From contig JAGWAR010000003.1 in NCBI GenBank assembly GCA_021296325.1, forward strand, positions 5,796-69,795: a stretch of DNA of 64,000 bases, in the 5' to 3' direction. How positions within the stretch are numbered: the stretch's first letter is position 1; each line of letters opens with the position of its first letter. The notes beneath the pieces were generated by a model that was given only the letters and a program-made list of their open reading frames with translations, was not told the DNA's origin and did not search any database. A program made the position numbers and the translations under genes. The DNA is from Alphaproteobacteria bacterium. GTDB taxonomy: Bacteria > Pseudomonadota > Alphaproteobacteria > GCA-2746255. Shown piece after piece: positions 7,712-17,045 of this stretch.

Positions 7712-7884
7712 CTGCCTCCTTTGATTCCCGGAGTGCAGGGTAGCGCGACCGCCCTAAGGAAAAATTAAGTAATACATTGATTTTATTGATTATTATCGTC
7801 TTTTGCAGAAAAGATGCGCGACGTATTTAGCAGGTTTGCCGTGCAAATTCGCGGCGAATGCGCCGAAGCCAGCGTTTCCGCCCA

Positions 7885-9342
7885 TCACGCCCCCTGCCCG
7901 AATGGTCCGAACATGGATTCGGCAGGACCGGCCGTGACCGGCCGGCCGGAAAGGTGGCGGTTGATCCAGGCCGGCAGTTTCGGCGCCGGCATTGGATGGC
8001 CGATGCCATAGCCCTGGGCCAGATCGCAGCCAAGCTCGGTCAGAAAATCCCGGGCGGGCCCGGATTCGATTCCCTCGGCAACGACCGTGACCCCGAGTCG
8101 CTCGGCCAGGTAAATCAGGGACTGCACGATCGCCACGTCGCTCATGTTCGTCGTGATGTTGGCGATGAAGGACGGGTCGATCTTGATTTCGTGGATGGGC
8201 AGTTTTTTCAGATAGGCAAAGGAGGAGAACCCCGTCCCGAAATCGTCAACCGAGATCCGAATTCCCATGGAATGAAAGCGATTTAGAATCTCCAGAATGT
8301 GATCGAGGTTCAGCATTAACGCGCTTTCGGTGATTTCCAGCACGAGAAGTTCGGTCGAGATCTGCCAGTGCTCCAGCAGGCCGATCACCCGTTCGGGCAA
8401 TTCGAGATCGTGCAGGGCGCGCGGAGAAACGTTGATCGCGACCGGCAGGGATAGCCCCTGCCGGCTCCAGACGCCTACCTGTTCAAGCCCCATGCTGATC
8501 GTGGCCTCCGTCAGGGTCTTGATCACGGCGGTGCGTTCCGCGGCGGGAATGAAGTCGCCGGGAGGCACCAGCCCATGCACCGGGTGATGCCAGCGCACCA
8601 GCGCCTCGACACCGACCAGGTGGCCCGTCTTCAGGGAAATTTTCGGCTGGTATTCGAGCTTCAGCTGGTCCCGTTCGAGGGCTTCCCGCAGCTCGCTGGC
8701 ATAGAGGAAACGGCGGTGCATCTGGTCGTCGCGGGCTAGGTTGTACAGGGCATAGCCGCTGTTCAGGCGCTTGGCTTCGTACATCGCCTGATCGGCATGA
8801 CGGAACAGCGTCGAGGAATCGGCGCCATGCTCCGGAAAGAGCGCAATACCGATGCTGATGCCGACGTCGACGAAACTCCCATCCAGCGCGATCGGCACCT
8901 CCACCGTATGGGCGATCTTTTCGGCCAGGGCGAAGGTGCCCTCCAAGGACGCGGTGGTGGGCAGAATGGCCATGAACTCGTCCCCGCCGAGACGGGCAAG
9001 GGTGTCCGATTCACGGCACGTCCCGACCAGCCGCTCGGCCACCTTCTTCAACACCTCGTCGCCCGCATCGTGGCCCAGCGTATCGTTGATTTCCTTGAAC
9101 CGGTCGAGGTCCATCATAAGCACGGCAAGGCGGGTGTTGTTCCGCCGCGAAAGCGCGATGGCGCGGTCGAGGCGGTCATGAAACAACGCCCGGTTGGAAA
9201 GGCCCGTCAGGGGATCGTAAAGGCTTAGCTGTTCCAGCTCTTCCTGGGTGCGGACGAGTTCGTTGGTAAGCTCGGTGACGCTCCGGTAGGTTTCGTCAAG
9301 CTCGGTTTCCAGGGCGGCAATGGTGGCCCTGGCGGCACGCAA
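7885..9342 (-). CDS. GGDEF-EAL protein (diguanylate cyclase/phosphodiesterase) with only a coiled-coil N-terminus and no sensor domain
   Basis: The RLGGDEF motif and EAL domain (..LKLEYQPKISLKTGHLVGVEALVRW..) are present. The track start 9405 overlaps the upstream gene by 58 nt; a TTG at 9342 lies immediately after the upstream stop (9347-9349). Confidence 0.8.
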   Translation of the reverse strand: MRAARATIAALETELDETYRSVTELTNELVRTQEELEQLSLYDPLTGLSNRALFHDRLDRAIALSRRNNTRLAVLMMDLDRFKEINDTLGHDAGDEVLKKVAERLVGTCRESDTLARLGGDEFMAILPTTASLEGTFALAEKIAHTVEVPIALDGSFVDVGISIGIALFPEHGADSSTLFRHADQAMYEAKRLNSGYALYNLARDDQMHRRFLYASELREALERDQLKLEYQPKISLKTGHLVGVEALVRWHHPVHGLVPPGDFIPAAERTAVIKTLTEATISMGLEQVGVWSRQGLSLPVAINVSPRALHDLELPERVIGLLEHWQISTELLVLEITESALMLNLDHILEILNRFHSMGIRISVDDFGTGFSSFAYLKKLPIHEIKIDPSFIANITTNMSDVAIVQSLIYLAERLGVTVVAEGIESGPARDFLTELGCDLAQGYGIGHPMPAPKLPAWINRHLSGRPVTAGPAESMFGPFGQGA

Positions 9343-9346
9343 CGCG

Positions 9347-9769
9347 TCATTTCCATTTGACGATTTCAACCCGGGTCCCCTTGCCAATGGTGGAAGTGAT
9401 CGCAAAATCGTCCATCAGACGCTTGACGCCGGGCAGACCCTGTCCGGGATTGCCGCCTGCCGGTACGCCGTCCTCGACGGCGCGGCGGGTATCCGAAATG
9501 CCGGGCCCCTGATCGATAAAGACGCAGCGTATGCCGATGGCGCTGCCGTTTTCGGCCAGATGCATCTCCATCCGCCCACCACCACCATGCAGCAAGGTGT
9601 TGCGCGCCAGCTCGCTGACCGAGGTTGCGATACGGGTCTTGTCGAGGGCCGAGAAACGCAGCTCTTCGGCGTATTGCCGGGCCGCCCGCCGGGTGCGGAT
9701 GATGTCTTCTTCGGAAGCGATGTCATACGCGTTCATGATCGCTTGCTCTTGGCAGTGCGCGATTTTCAT
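9347..9769 (-). CDS. RsbW/SpoIIAB-like anti-sigma regulatory factor (GHKL Ser/Thr kinase), 140 aa
   Basis: ..ATSVSELARNTLLHGGGGRMEMHL...IRCVFIDQGPGI.. shows N-box/G-box-like HATPase_c motifs. Size is typical of partner-switch kinases. Confidence 0.65.
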   Translation of the reverse strand: MKIAHCQEQAIMNAYDIASEEDIIRTRRAARQYAEELRFSALDKTRIATSVSELARNTLLHGGGGRMEMHLAENGSAIGIRCVFIDQGPGISDTRRAVEDGVPAGGNPGQGLPGVKRLMDDFAITSTIGKGTRVEIVKWK

Positions 9770-9983
9770 CCGACATTTTTTCGTTGCGTTGCGTTGCCGC
9801 TAAACTCTCACGGGCAGTCTTAAGAAACGATAAAATGCGCGGCGTGCGCACAGCGCGACGTTACACACAACGGTATGTGAATCATGTCGCGCGCGTGCAC
9901 GGGATCGCGTGCATAAGTGTGAAGAAGAAAAATCCCGGACGAAACCATCCAGGGCCACGACCGGAACGATCGATTGCGGGAAG

Positions 9984-10059
9984 TGGCGACCCCAACGGGA
10001 TTCGAACCCGTGTTGCCACCTTGAAAGAGTGGAGTCCTAGGCCTCTAGACGATGGGGTC
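9984..10059 (-). tRNA. tRNA-Glu (anticodon UUC)
   Basis: Minus strand GACCCCATCGTCTAGAGGCCTAGGACTCCACTCTTTCAAGGTGGCAACACGGGTTCGAATCCCGTTGGGGTCGCCA. Cloverleaf with 7-bp acceptor, TTCGAAT T-loop, anticodon loop CUUUCAA, encoded CCA. Confidence 0.9.
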
Positions 10060-10135
10060 GAGCCAAAGGCGGGCCACCGTGTCTAAACCGGGAAGCCCTT
10101 AAAATCAAGCCTCTCCGGGCTTTCCGGCTGCCCCG

Positions 10136-11929
10136 TCAGGCGTCGGGCCGGGCCAGGGCCGCGTCCTCGATGAAGAGCTGGACGTCGTCCCTTCCCTGCC
10201 AGCGATCGGCCCGGAGATGGCCGGCCAGATGGAGCGACGTGCCGCCCTTGTCGAGCAGGGCGCGGCCGAGTTCCGTCTCGGCGCATCGAAAGGCGATCCC
10301 CTTCATCCGCCCGCCCCCTTCCGCGTCCGTGATCATGCAACGGACGTGATCTTCGCCGACGATCTCGGAAAAGGCGACGCGGGCATTGGCGAAGGCGAAG
10401 CGGGGCTCGGCATTGCCGGGGCCGAAGGGGCTCAGGCGTTCGAGCAGGCGCACGAATTCCACCGTCGCTGCCGCCGGCGTCAACGCGCCGTCAAAGCCGA
10501 GCGAGGGTACGAAGCCGGCCTCTTCCAGGGCGGCGCCGATCCGCGCATCGAGAAAGGCCCGCAAGCCCTCGATACCGTCCGCCTCCACCGTAAAGCCGGC
10601 CGCCATCGCATGGCCGCCGCCGGTGCGGGCAAGTCCCGCCTGGCGGGCCGCCAGCACGGCGCTGCCCAGATCGACGCCGGGCACGGACCGGCCCGAGCCG
10701 GTCGCCATGTTGCCGTTGAGGGCGGCGACGAAGGCTGGCCGGTTGTAGCGTTCGCGAAGCCGACTGGCGACGATGCCGACGACGCCCGGATGCCAACCCT
10801 GGCCACAGGCAAAGGCGATGGCGCGGTCTTCGCCGGCGCCGTCGATTTGCTGGATCGCCTTATCAAGGACGGCCGCCTCGATCTCTTTGCGCTCGGCGTT
10901 CAGGGCGTCGAGATGGGCGGCGAGTTCCCTTGCTTCAAGCGCATCCTCCGTCGCCAGCAATTTCGCACCAATACCCGCCTCGCCGACCCGGCCGCCGGCG
11001 TTCACCCGCGGCCCCAGCAGAAAGCCCAGATGGTAGGCGCCGGGCCGCGTCTCGAGACGGGCCACGTCCATCAGGGCGGCGATGCCGGGATTGCCGCGCT
11101 GGGCCACGAGTTTAAGTCCCTGGGCCACGAAGGCGCGGTTGAGCCCCGTCAATTGCGCCACGTCGCAGACCGTGCCCAATGCCACGAGATCGAGCCAGGC
11201 AAGCAGGTCCGGCTCGGGACGCGTTTCGTACCAGCCCGCCTGGCGGAGCGCGCGGTTCATCGCGATGACCAGAAGATAGGTGACGCCGACGGCCGCCAGC
11301 ATGCGGTGCGGGCTTTCCTCGTCGAGGCGATTCGGGTTGATGACGGCGTGGGCAATGGGAAGTTTTGGTTCGCCGATATGGTGATCGACGACGATGACGT
11401 CGAGGCCGGCCTCCGCCGCCGCCGCGAGTGGCGAAAAGGCGGTCGCCCCGCAATCGACGGTGATGACGACCGAGACGCCCTCGCCTTTCAGGCGCAGCAG
11501 CGCCGCAGCGTTCGGCCCATAGCCTTCCTTCAGGCGGTCCGGAATGTAGACGCGAAGCGGGACGCCTGCCGCCCGGAAGAAGCGTTCGAGCAGCGCCGCG
11601 GACGTGGCCCCATCGACGTCGTAATCGCCGAAGACGGCAACCCGCTCGCCCTCGCGGATGGCCCGCACGAGTCGGGCCGTGGCCCGATCCATGTCCTTCA
11701 GATGGGAAGGATTGGGGAGCAGGCGTTTCAGGGTCGGCTCGAAGAAACTTTCCGCCTCGTCGGGGTGGACGCCGCGGGCGGCCAGCACCCGGCCCATGAT
11801 TTCCGGCAGGTTCAGGCGCTGGGCGAGAGTCATGCCAAGCCGTGCATCGGCCAGCCGCGCCCGCCAGCGTTTCCCCAGAAGGGAACGTTCCACGTCCAGA
11901 AAACTGTCGCCCGAAGGGGGCTTCACCAT
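10136..11929 (-). CDS. recJ: Single-stranded-DNA-specific exonuclease RecJ
   Basis: 597 aa; DHH/DHHA1 motifs (VFGDYDVDGATSAALL, ..DHH..). Confidence 0.85.
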   Translation of the reverse strand: MVKPPSGDSFLDVERSLLGKRWRARLADARLGMTLAQRLNLPEIMGRVLAARGVHPDEAESFFEPTLKRLLPNPSHLKDMDRATARLVRAIREGERVAVFGDYDVDGATSAALLERFFRAAGVPLRVYIPDRLKEGYGPNAAALLRLKGEGVSVVITVDCGATAFSPLAAAAEAGLDVIVVDHHIGEPKLPIAHAVINPNRLDEESPHRMLAAVGVTYLLVIAMNRALRQAGWYETRPEPDLLAWLDLVALGTVCDVAQLTGLNRAFVAQGLKLVAQRGNPGIAALMDVARLETRPGAYHLGFLLGPRVNAGGRVGEAGIGAKLLATEDALEARELAAHLDALNAERKEIEAAVLDKAIQQIDGAGEDRAIAFACGQGWHPGVVGIVASRLRERYNRPAFVAALNGNMATGSGRSVPGVDLGSAVLAARQAGLARTGGGHAMAAGFTVEADGIEGLRAFLDARIGAALEEAGFVPSLGFDGALTPAAATVEFVRLLERLSPFGPGNAEPRFAFANARVAFSEIVGEDHVRCMITDAEGGGRMKGIAFRCAETELGRALLDKGGTSLHLAGHLRADRWQGRDDVQLFIEDAALARPDA

Positions 11930-11938
11930 CGCGCCAAC

Positions 11939-12928
11939 TTAGCGATCCGCCGGATTGAAACCGGTCTTGCGTGCAAAATTGTGACGCGCCTCGATCATGC
12001 GCACCGTGCCGGATTTCGAACGCATCACCGTCGAATAGGTGTAGGCACCGCCGGCAAAACGGCGCACGCCTTTAAGCATGGAGCCGTTCGTCACCCCGGT
12101 CGCCGCAAACATGACGTCGCCATTGGCCATTTCGCTCAGGCTGTATTTGCGGTTGAAGTCGGTGATGCCGCAATGCTTCGCCCGGCCGCGTTCGTCGTCG
12201 TTGCGGAACTGGAGGCGGCCCTGCATCTGGCCGCCGATGCAGCAAAGGGCGGCGGCGGCCAGCACGCCTTCCGGGGCGCCACCGATGCCCATGTAGATGT
12301 CCACCCCGCTGTCCGGCAGCGTGGTGGCGATGACGCCGCTGACGTCGCCGTCCGAGATCAGCATGATGCGCGCGCCCGCCTCGCGGATGCCGGCGATCAG
12401 TTCGTGATGGCGGGGCCGGTCGAGCACGCAGACGACGAGGTCGGAAACGTCCGAGCCTTTCGCCTTGGCCAGCGCCTTCAGATTTTCCGCAGGGCTCGCA
12501 TCGAGATCGACGATCCCCCCGGGCAGCCCCCGGCCGACGGCGATCTTGTCCATGTAGACGTCCGGGGCGTTCAGGAACCCGCCGTCCTCGGCCATGGCGA
12601 TCACGGCCAGCGCGTTCTGCCCGCCCTTGGCGGTGATCGTCGTGCCTTCGAGGGGGTCCAGCGCGATGTCGACCTTCGGCCCCTTGCCGAGGCCCACCTT
12701 CTCGCCGATATAGAGCATCGGGGCTTCGTCCCGCTCACCCTCGCCGATGACGACGGTGCCATCGATGGTCAGGCTGTTCAGGGCCGCGCGCATGGCATCA
12801 ACCGCCGCCTGGTCGGCTGCCTGCTCGTCGCCGCGGCCCATCAGGAGGGACGCGGAAAGGGCCGCCGCTTCCGTGACGCGCACCACTTCCAGCGCCAGGT
12901 TGCGCTCCATCGTTCCTTGCTTTGCCAT
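11939..12928 (-). CDS. glpX: Fructose-1,6-bisphosphatase class II (GlpX)
   Basis: 329 aa; MERNLALEVVRVTEAAALSA..GRGDEQAADQAAVDAMR.. is characteristic of GlpX. Confidence 0.85.
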   Translation of the reverse strand: MAKQGTMERNLALEVVRVTEAAALSASLLMGRGDEQAADQAAVDAMRAALNSLTIDGTVVIGEGERDEAPMLYIGEKVGLGKGPKVDIALDPLEGTTITAKGGQNALAVIAMAEDGGFLNAPDVYMDKIAVGRGLPGGIVDLDASPAENLKALAKAKGSDVSDLVVCVLDRPRHHELIAGIREAGARIMLISDGDVSGVIATTLPDSGVDIYMGIGGAPEGVLAAAALCCIGGQMQGRLQFRNDDERGRAKHCGITDFNRKYSLSEMANGDVMFAATGVTNGSMLKGVRRFAGGAYTYSTVMRSKSGTVRMIEARHNFARKTGFNPADR

Positions 12929-12949
12929 TCCCGCTCCCTGCTCTTACGA

Positions 12950-14254
12950 CTAGGTTCGGCCGCCTAGCGTTTCAATCCGAATCATTCTGGGCGATTCCAC
13001 GACCGTATCCAAGCGGTCGATTCGCTCAAGGGCGTGACGCATCGCCGACTCGCTGGTTTCATGGGTCGTGATGACGACCGGCACGGTGGAACCCGGCGAA
13101 CGCTGGCGCTGCAGCATCGATTCCATCGACACCTTTTCATCCCGGAGGATGGCTGCCACGTCCGCGATGACGCCGGGGCGATCGACCAGCATCAGGCGCA
13201 AGTAATAGGCGCCCCAGTGGCGATCCATCGGCGCCGAGAGAATCCTGGCGAGGTGCCGGGCCGGCACCGAAAAGGTCGGGAGCCGCGTCCCGCGGGCAAT
13301 GTCGACGAGATCGGCAACGATGGCCGAGGCCGTCGGGCCGGCGCCGGCGCCGCGTCCCTCGAACATGGCGCTTTCCACGAAGTCGCCGTCGGCGACGATC
13401 GCGTTATCGACGCCTTCGACATAGGCAATGGGCGCCGACAACGGCACCATGCACGGGTGCACGCGCTGTTCGAGTCCGTCTTCCGTCGGCCGCACCGTGC
13501 CCAGCAGCTTGATCCGGTAGCCAAGTTCCTCGGCGTAACCAATGTCGAGCGCGCTTACGTGACGAATGCCTTCCGTATAAACGCCGTCGAAATCGATCTC
13601 GCAACCGAAGGCGACGGCGGCCAGGATGGCAAGCTTGTGGGCCGTATCGACGCCATCGACGTCGAAGGAGGGATCGGCTTCGGCGTAGCCGAGCTTCTGG
13701 GCCTCCTCCAGGACGGCTTCGAATTCGCGCCCCGAACGGCGCATCTCGGTCAGGATGAAATTGCTGGTCCCGTTCAGAATTCCGTAGACGCGTTTCAGGT
13801 GATTGCCGGCCAGCCCTTCGCGCAACGCCTTGATGATCGGGATGCCGCCTGCCACTGCGGCTTCGTAAGCCAGCACAACGCCCCGTTCCTCCGCCATGCG
13901 GGCCAGCGGAATCCCGTGATGGGCCAGCATTGCCTTGTTCGCGGTGACGACGTGGCGGCCATGCTGGATGGCCGTGTCGCAAATTTCTTTCGCAACCCCG
14001 TCGGCACCACCGATCAGCTCGACGACGACATCGACTTCCGCTTCGGCCGCCATCTGGACCGGGTCATCGAACCACGGCACGTTCTGGAGGTTGATGCCCC
14101 GGTCGCGCTTGCGGTCGCGGGCCGATACGGCCGAAACGACGAGCGAGTGGCCGCACCGCTCGGTGAGCAGTTCACCGTGCTCCTGCAGAACGCGATAGGT
14201 GCCGGCACCGACCGTTCCCAGCCCGGCAATCGCCACTTTCAATTGCGTGTTCAA
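12950..14254 (-). CDS. hom: Homoserine dehydrogenase
   Basis: 434 aa; [13 protein letters not shown]-binding N-terminus, catalytic core and C-terminal ACT domain. Confidence 0.85.
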   Translation of the reverse strand: MNTQLKVAIAGLGTVGAGTYRVLQEHGELLTERCGHSLVVSAVSARDRKRDRGINLQNVPWFDDPVQMAAEAEVDVVVELIGGADGVAKEICDTAIQHGRHVVTANKAMLAHHGIPLARMAEERGVVLAYEAAVAGGIPIIKALREGLAGNHLKRVYGILNGTSNFILTEMRRSGREFEAVLEEAQKLGYAEADPSFDVDGVDTAHKLAILAAVAFGCEIDFDGVYTEGIRHVSALDIGYAEELGYRIKLLGTVRPTEDGLEQRVHPCMVPLSAPIAYVEGVDNAIVADGDFVESAMFEGRGAGAGPTASAIVADLVDIARGTRLPTFSVPARHLARILSAPMDRHWGAYYLRLMLVDRPGVIADVAAILRDEKVSMESMLQRQRSPGSTVPVVITTHETSESAMRHALERIDRLDTVVESPRMIRIETLGGRT

Positions 14255-15474
14255 GATGCCGCTGCCCTTCCTTCCAGCTGCTCGAGCAATTTATCGGCAG
14301 AACCGATAAACGCCTTGATGTTCCGCACCGCCTGCCGGGTCCGATGCGCGTTTTCGACGACGGCGAGTCGCACGTGTCCCTCGCCATATTCACCGAAGCC
14401 AAGGCCCGGCGAGACGGCAACCTTCGCTTCCTGCAGCAGCAGCTTCGAGAAGGCGAGCGAACCCAGATGCGCGAAGGGCGCAGGCAACGGCGCCCAGACG
14501 AACATCGTCGCCGGCGGTGATGGCACGTTCCAGCCCGCCGCCTGCAGGCCATGCACGAGAATGTCGCGGCGTTCCCGGTAGATCTGGCGAATTTCCTCGA
14601 CGCAGTCCTGCGGGCCGTTCAGCGCCGCCACGGCGGCCACCTGAATCGGCGTAAAGGCCCCGTAATCCACATAGGACTTGATGCGCGCGAGCGCGCCGAT
14701 CAGCTTTGGGTTGCCGGTGGCAAAACCGATTCGCCAGCCCGGCATGTTGTAGGTCTTGCTGAGCGAGGTGAATTCGACCGCGATGTCCTTGGCGCCGGGC
14801 ACCTGCAGGATCGAGGGTGGCGGCCCGGATTCAAAATAGATCTCGGCATAGGCCAGGTCCGACAGAATATAGATCTGGTGCCGCCGGCAGAAATCGACGA
14901 CTTCGCCATAGAAATCGAGGTCGACGACCTGGGTCGTCGGGTTCGACGGGAAATTGAGCACCAGCGCGGTCGGCGGCGGCACGCTGTGGCGGAGTGCCCG
15001 CTCCAGCCCCTTCAGGAACTCGTTGATGTCGGGACCCAGGGGAATGTGCCGGATGGCCGCGCCCGCGATGATGAAGCCGTAGGGGTGGATCGGATAGCTT
15101 GGGTTCGGCACGAGCACGATGTCGCCCGGCGAGGTGATTGCCTGGGCAAGGTTGGCCAAGCCTTCCTTCGATCCGATCGTCACGATCGTTTCCGTTTCCG
15201 GATCGACCGAGACGTTGAATCGCCGGGCGTAATAGTTCGCCAGCGCCTTGCGCAGGCCGGGAATGCCCCGCGAGTTCGAATAGCGGTGGGTTTTCGGGTC
15301 CTGGACGGTTTCGACCAGCTTATCGACAATATGCTGCGGCGTCGGCCGGTCGGGATTCCCCATGCCGAAGTCGATAATGTCCTCGCCGGCCGCGCGTGCG
15401 CGGGCCTTCATTGCATTTACTTCAGCGAAGACGTAGGGCGGAAGCCGCCGAATCCGGTGGAATTCCTGTTCCAT
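14251..15474 (-). CDS. PLP-dependent aminotransferase class I/II, AlaC/YfdZ-like (alanine transaminase family)
   Basis: [56 protein letters not shown] closely follows the E. coli AlaC pattern. It overlaps the hom start by 4 nt. Confidence 0.8.
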   Translation of the reverse strand: MEQEFHRIRRLPPYVFAEVNAMKARARAAGEDIIDFGMGNPDRPTPQHIVDKLVETVQDPKTHRYSNSRGIPGLRKALANYYARRFNVSVDPETETIVTIGSKEGLANLAQAITSPGDIVLVPNPSYPIHPYGFIIAGAAIRHIPLGPDINEFLKGLERALRHSVPPPTALVLNFPSNPTTQVVDLDFYGEVVDFCRRHQIYILSDLAYAEIYFESGPPPSILQVPGAKDIAVEFTSLSKTYNMPGWRIGFATGNPKLIGALARIKSYVDYGAFTPIQVAAVAALNGPQDCVEEIRQIYRERRDILVHGLQAAGWNVPSPPATMFVWAPLPAPFAHLGSLAFSKLLLQEAKVAVSPGLGFGEYGEGHVRLAVVENAHRTRQAVRNIKAFIGSADKLLEQLEGRAAAS

Positions 15475-15560
15475 GACTATTCAATACGTACCCTTCCATT
15501 CCGGCTCGTCCAAGGCATCCAACCTTTCGAGCGGCGGAATGGACGGTACGCAACCCAAAG

Positions 15561-16931
15561 TTAGTAATCGATATATATTTCGGTCCGCCGGTTACCGGCC
15601 TCGCCCGACGGCATCACCTCATAGTAAATCGGCTCGCTGTCCGATCTCGCGCCGACAAAAATCCGATCTCCGCTAATTCCCTGCCGCATCAATTCCTTTG
15701 CAACGCTGTTCGCACGGTCAACGGAGATGTTGAAATTCGCGAGCTGGTGCTCCGTGGGATCCAAATCCCGCGTTCGGCTGCTGGCATGACCGATGACTCG
15801 CAGCGACTTGCCGTTCTGGCGGAACATCCCGACAACGTCCTTCAGCAACGCCCGGTCTTTTTCGTCGAGCGAGCTGGACCCCACTCCGAAACCAACCGTC
15901 GCCACCCGGATGGACATGCCGGTGTCGTTCGGGCTGTACTCGGCAAGCGAACGCGGCGCGTCTGAATCCGCGTTGCTTTTCGTCATCAGCGCCTTCGGGG
16001 CCGGCAACGGCGTACTTACCGCCGGCATGGAACCGTTTTCAGGAACCTGCACGGACGGCAACCCACCGGCAACCGGCGCCGCTGCGGCCTGTGGCTGGAA
16101 GTTTGCCGGCAAGGTCGGCGCACCGGACTGCATGAAGTATTTCTGCATTGTCTGGTTCAGCTCCGGTGCCGCCGTTGGAAAATACGGCAGGGAAGGAACC
16201 ACGTCCGACGCAGGAATGTTCAACGGCGCCGCAACCATTGGTGACTGCGGAAGCGGCCGTGAGACCATGGGTGGCGGCGACGGCACGATCGACCGCGGCT
16301 GGCGCAGCGCAACGGGCGGGGCCGGACGCGCTTCGGCCGTCAGCACGGGCGGTGGCGGTGGTGCCGTGACGCGCATCGCCGCTTCCGGCGAATCGATTCG
16401 CTCCGAAACGCCCTTGGGAACGGAAGTCGCGCTCGAAAGCTCGCCAGCCATCATCACCGGTGAGCGCGGCGCGGCCTTCGGCGGCGGCGCTTCGGCCAGC
16501 TTTCTCATTTGCCGCCCCGACTGTATGGCAAGGGCGGTATCCGCCTCTGACTGGAACCGGATGGTTTCGTCCGAGTATTTGGCATGGGCACGGTCGGCCA
16601 CCAAGCCTTCCGAAATTTCGGCGGCGCTTTCCGGATCGTAGGCCGGCGGCCTGGCCGGTACGTCGCTCAAATTCGGAAAGGATTCATCGGCGGCGGCCAC
16701 TCGCTCGCGCTCGAGCGTCGGCTCCAGCGCGCTGGGCGGGGCCTCGGCATAGGCCTCGTCGTCGCTTAGCCAGCTGTCGACCCCTTTGTACCACTCGACC
16801 GGGTTCACCTCGTCCGGCACCTGGCTGCATCCAGCCAGGGTGAAAAGGGAAGCTGCCAGCGCAAGGCCCAGCGTGTTAAAATACGCCGGATGCGCAGAAC
16901 GAAGCTTGTCAGTCATTAACCGTTTACCCAT
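15561..16931 (-). CDS. OmpA-family lipoprotein with long Pro/Ala-rich linker
   Basis: Lipobox LAGC near the N-terminus and a low-complexity P/A-rich middle. C-terminal OmpA-like domain (..RVIGHASSRT..NFNISVDRANSVAKELMRQGISGDRIFVGARSDSEPIY..). Confidence 0.75.
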   Translation of the reverse strand: MGKRLMTDKLRSAHPAYFNTLGLALAASLFTLAGCSQVPDEVNPVEWYKGVDSWLSDDEAYAEAPPSALEPTLERERVAAADESFPNLSDVPARPPAYDPESAAEISEGLVADRAHAKYSDETIRFQSEADTALAIQSGRQMRKLAEAPPPKAAPRSPVMMAGELSSATSVPKGVSERIDSPEAAMRVTAPPPPPVLTAEARPAPPVALRQPRSIVPSPPPMVSRPLPQSPMVAAPLNIPASDVVPSLPYFPTAAPELNQTMQKYFMQSGAPTLPANFQPQAAAAPVAGGLPSVQVPENGSMPAVSTPLPAPKALMTKSNADSDAPRSLAEYSPNDTGMSIRVATVGFGVGSSSLDEKDRALLKDVVGMFRQNGKSLRVIGHASSRTRDLDPTEHQLANFNISVDRANSVAKELMRQGISGDRIFVGARSDSEPIYYEVMPSGEAGNRRTEIYIDY

Positions 16932-17045
16932 GGCAGGGAGCGCCCTCCTCGACGAAACGGCCCTGGATCAAGACTTTGACTCCCGCACCATATGGAAGCG
17001 CCCGCCGGTTGGCCCAGTGCCGGACAAATCATAAGGGAATCCCCA

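Noticed and set aside
10217-12967. 916-aa plus-strand ORF
   Set aside because: Entirely antisense to recJ and glpX, both with clear homology. Composition (R/A/G-rich) is typical of a shadow ORF in GC-rich DNA.
13034-14581. 515-aa plus-strand ORF
   Set aside because: Antisense to homoserine dehydrogenase and the aminotransferase; no domain signatures.
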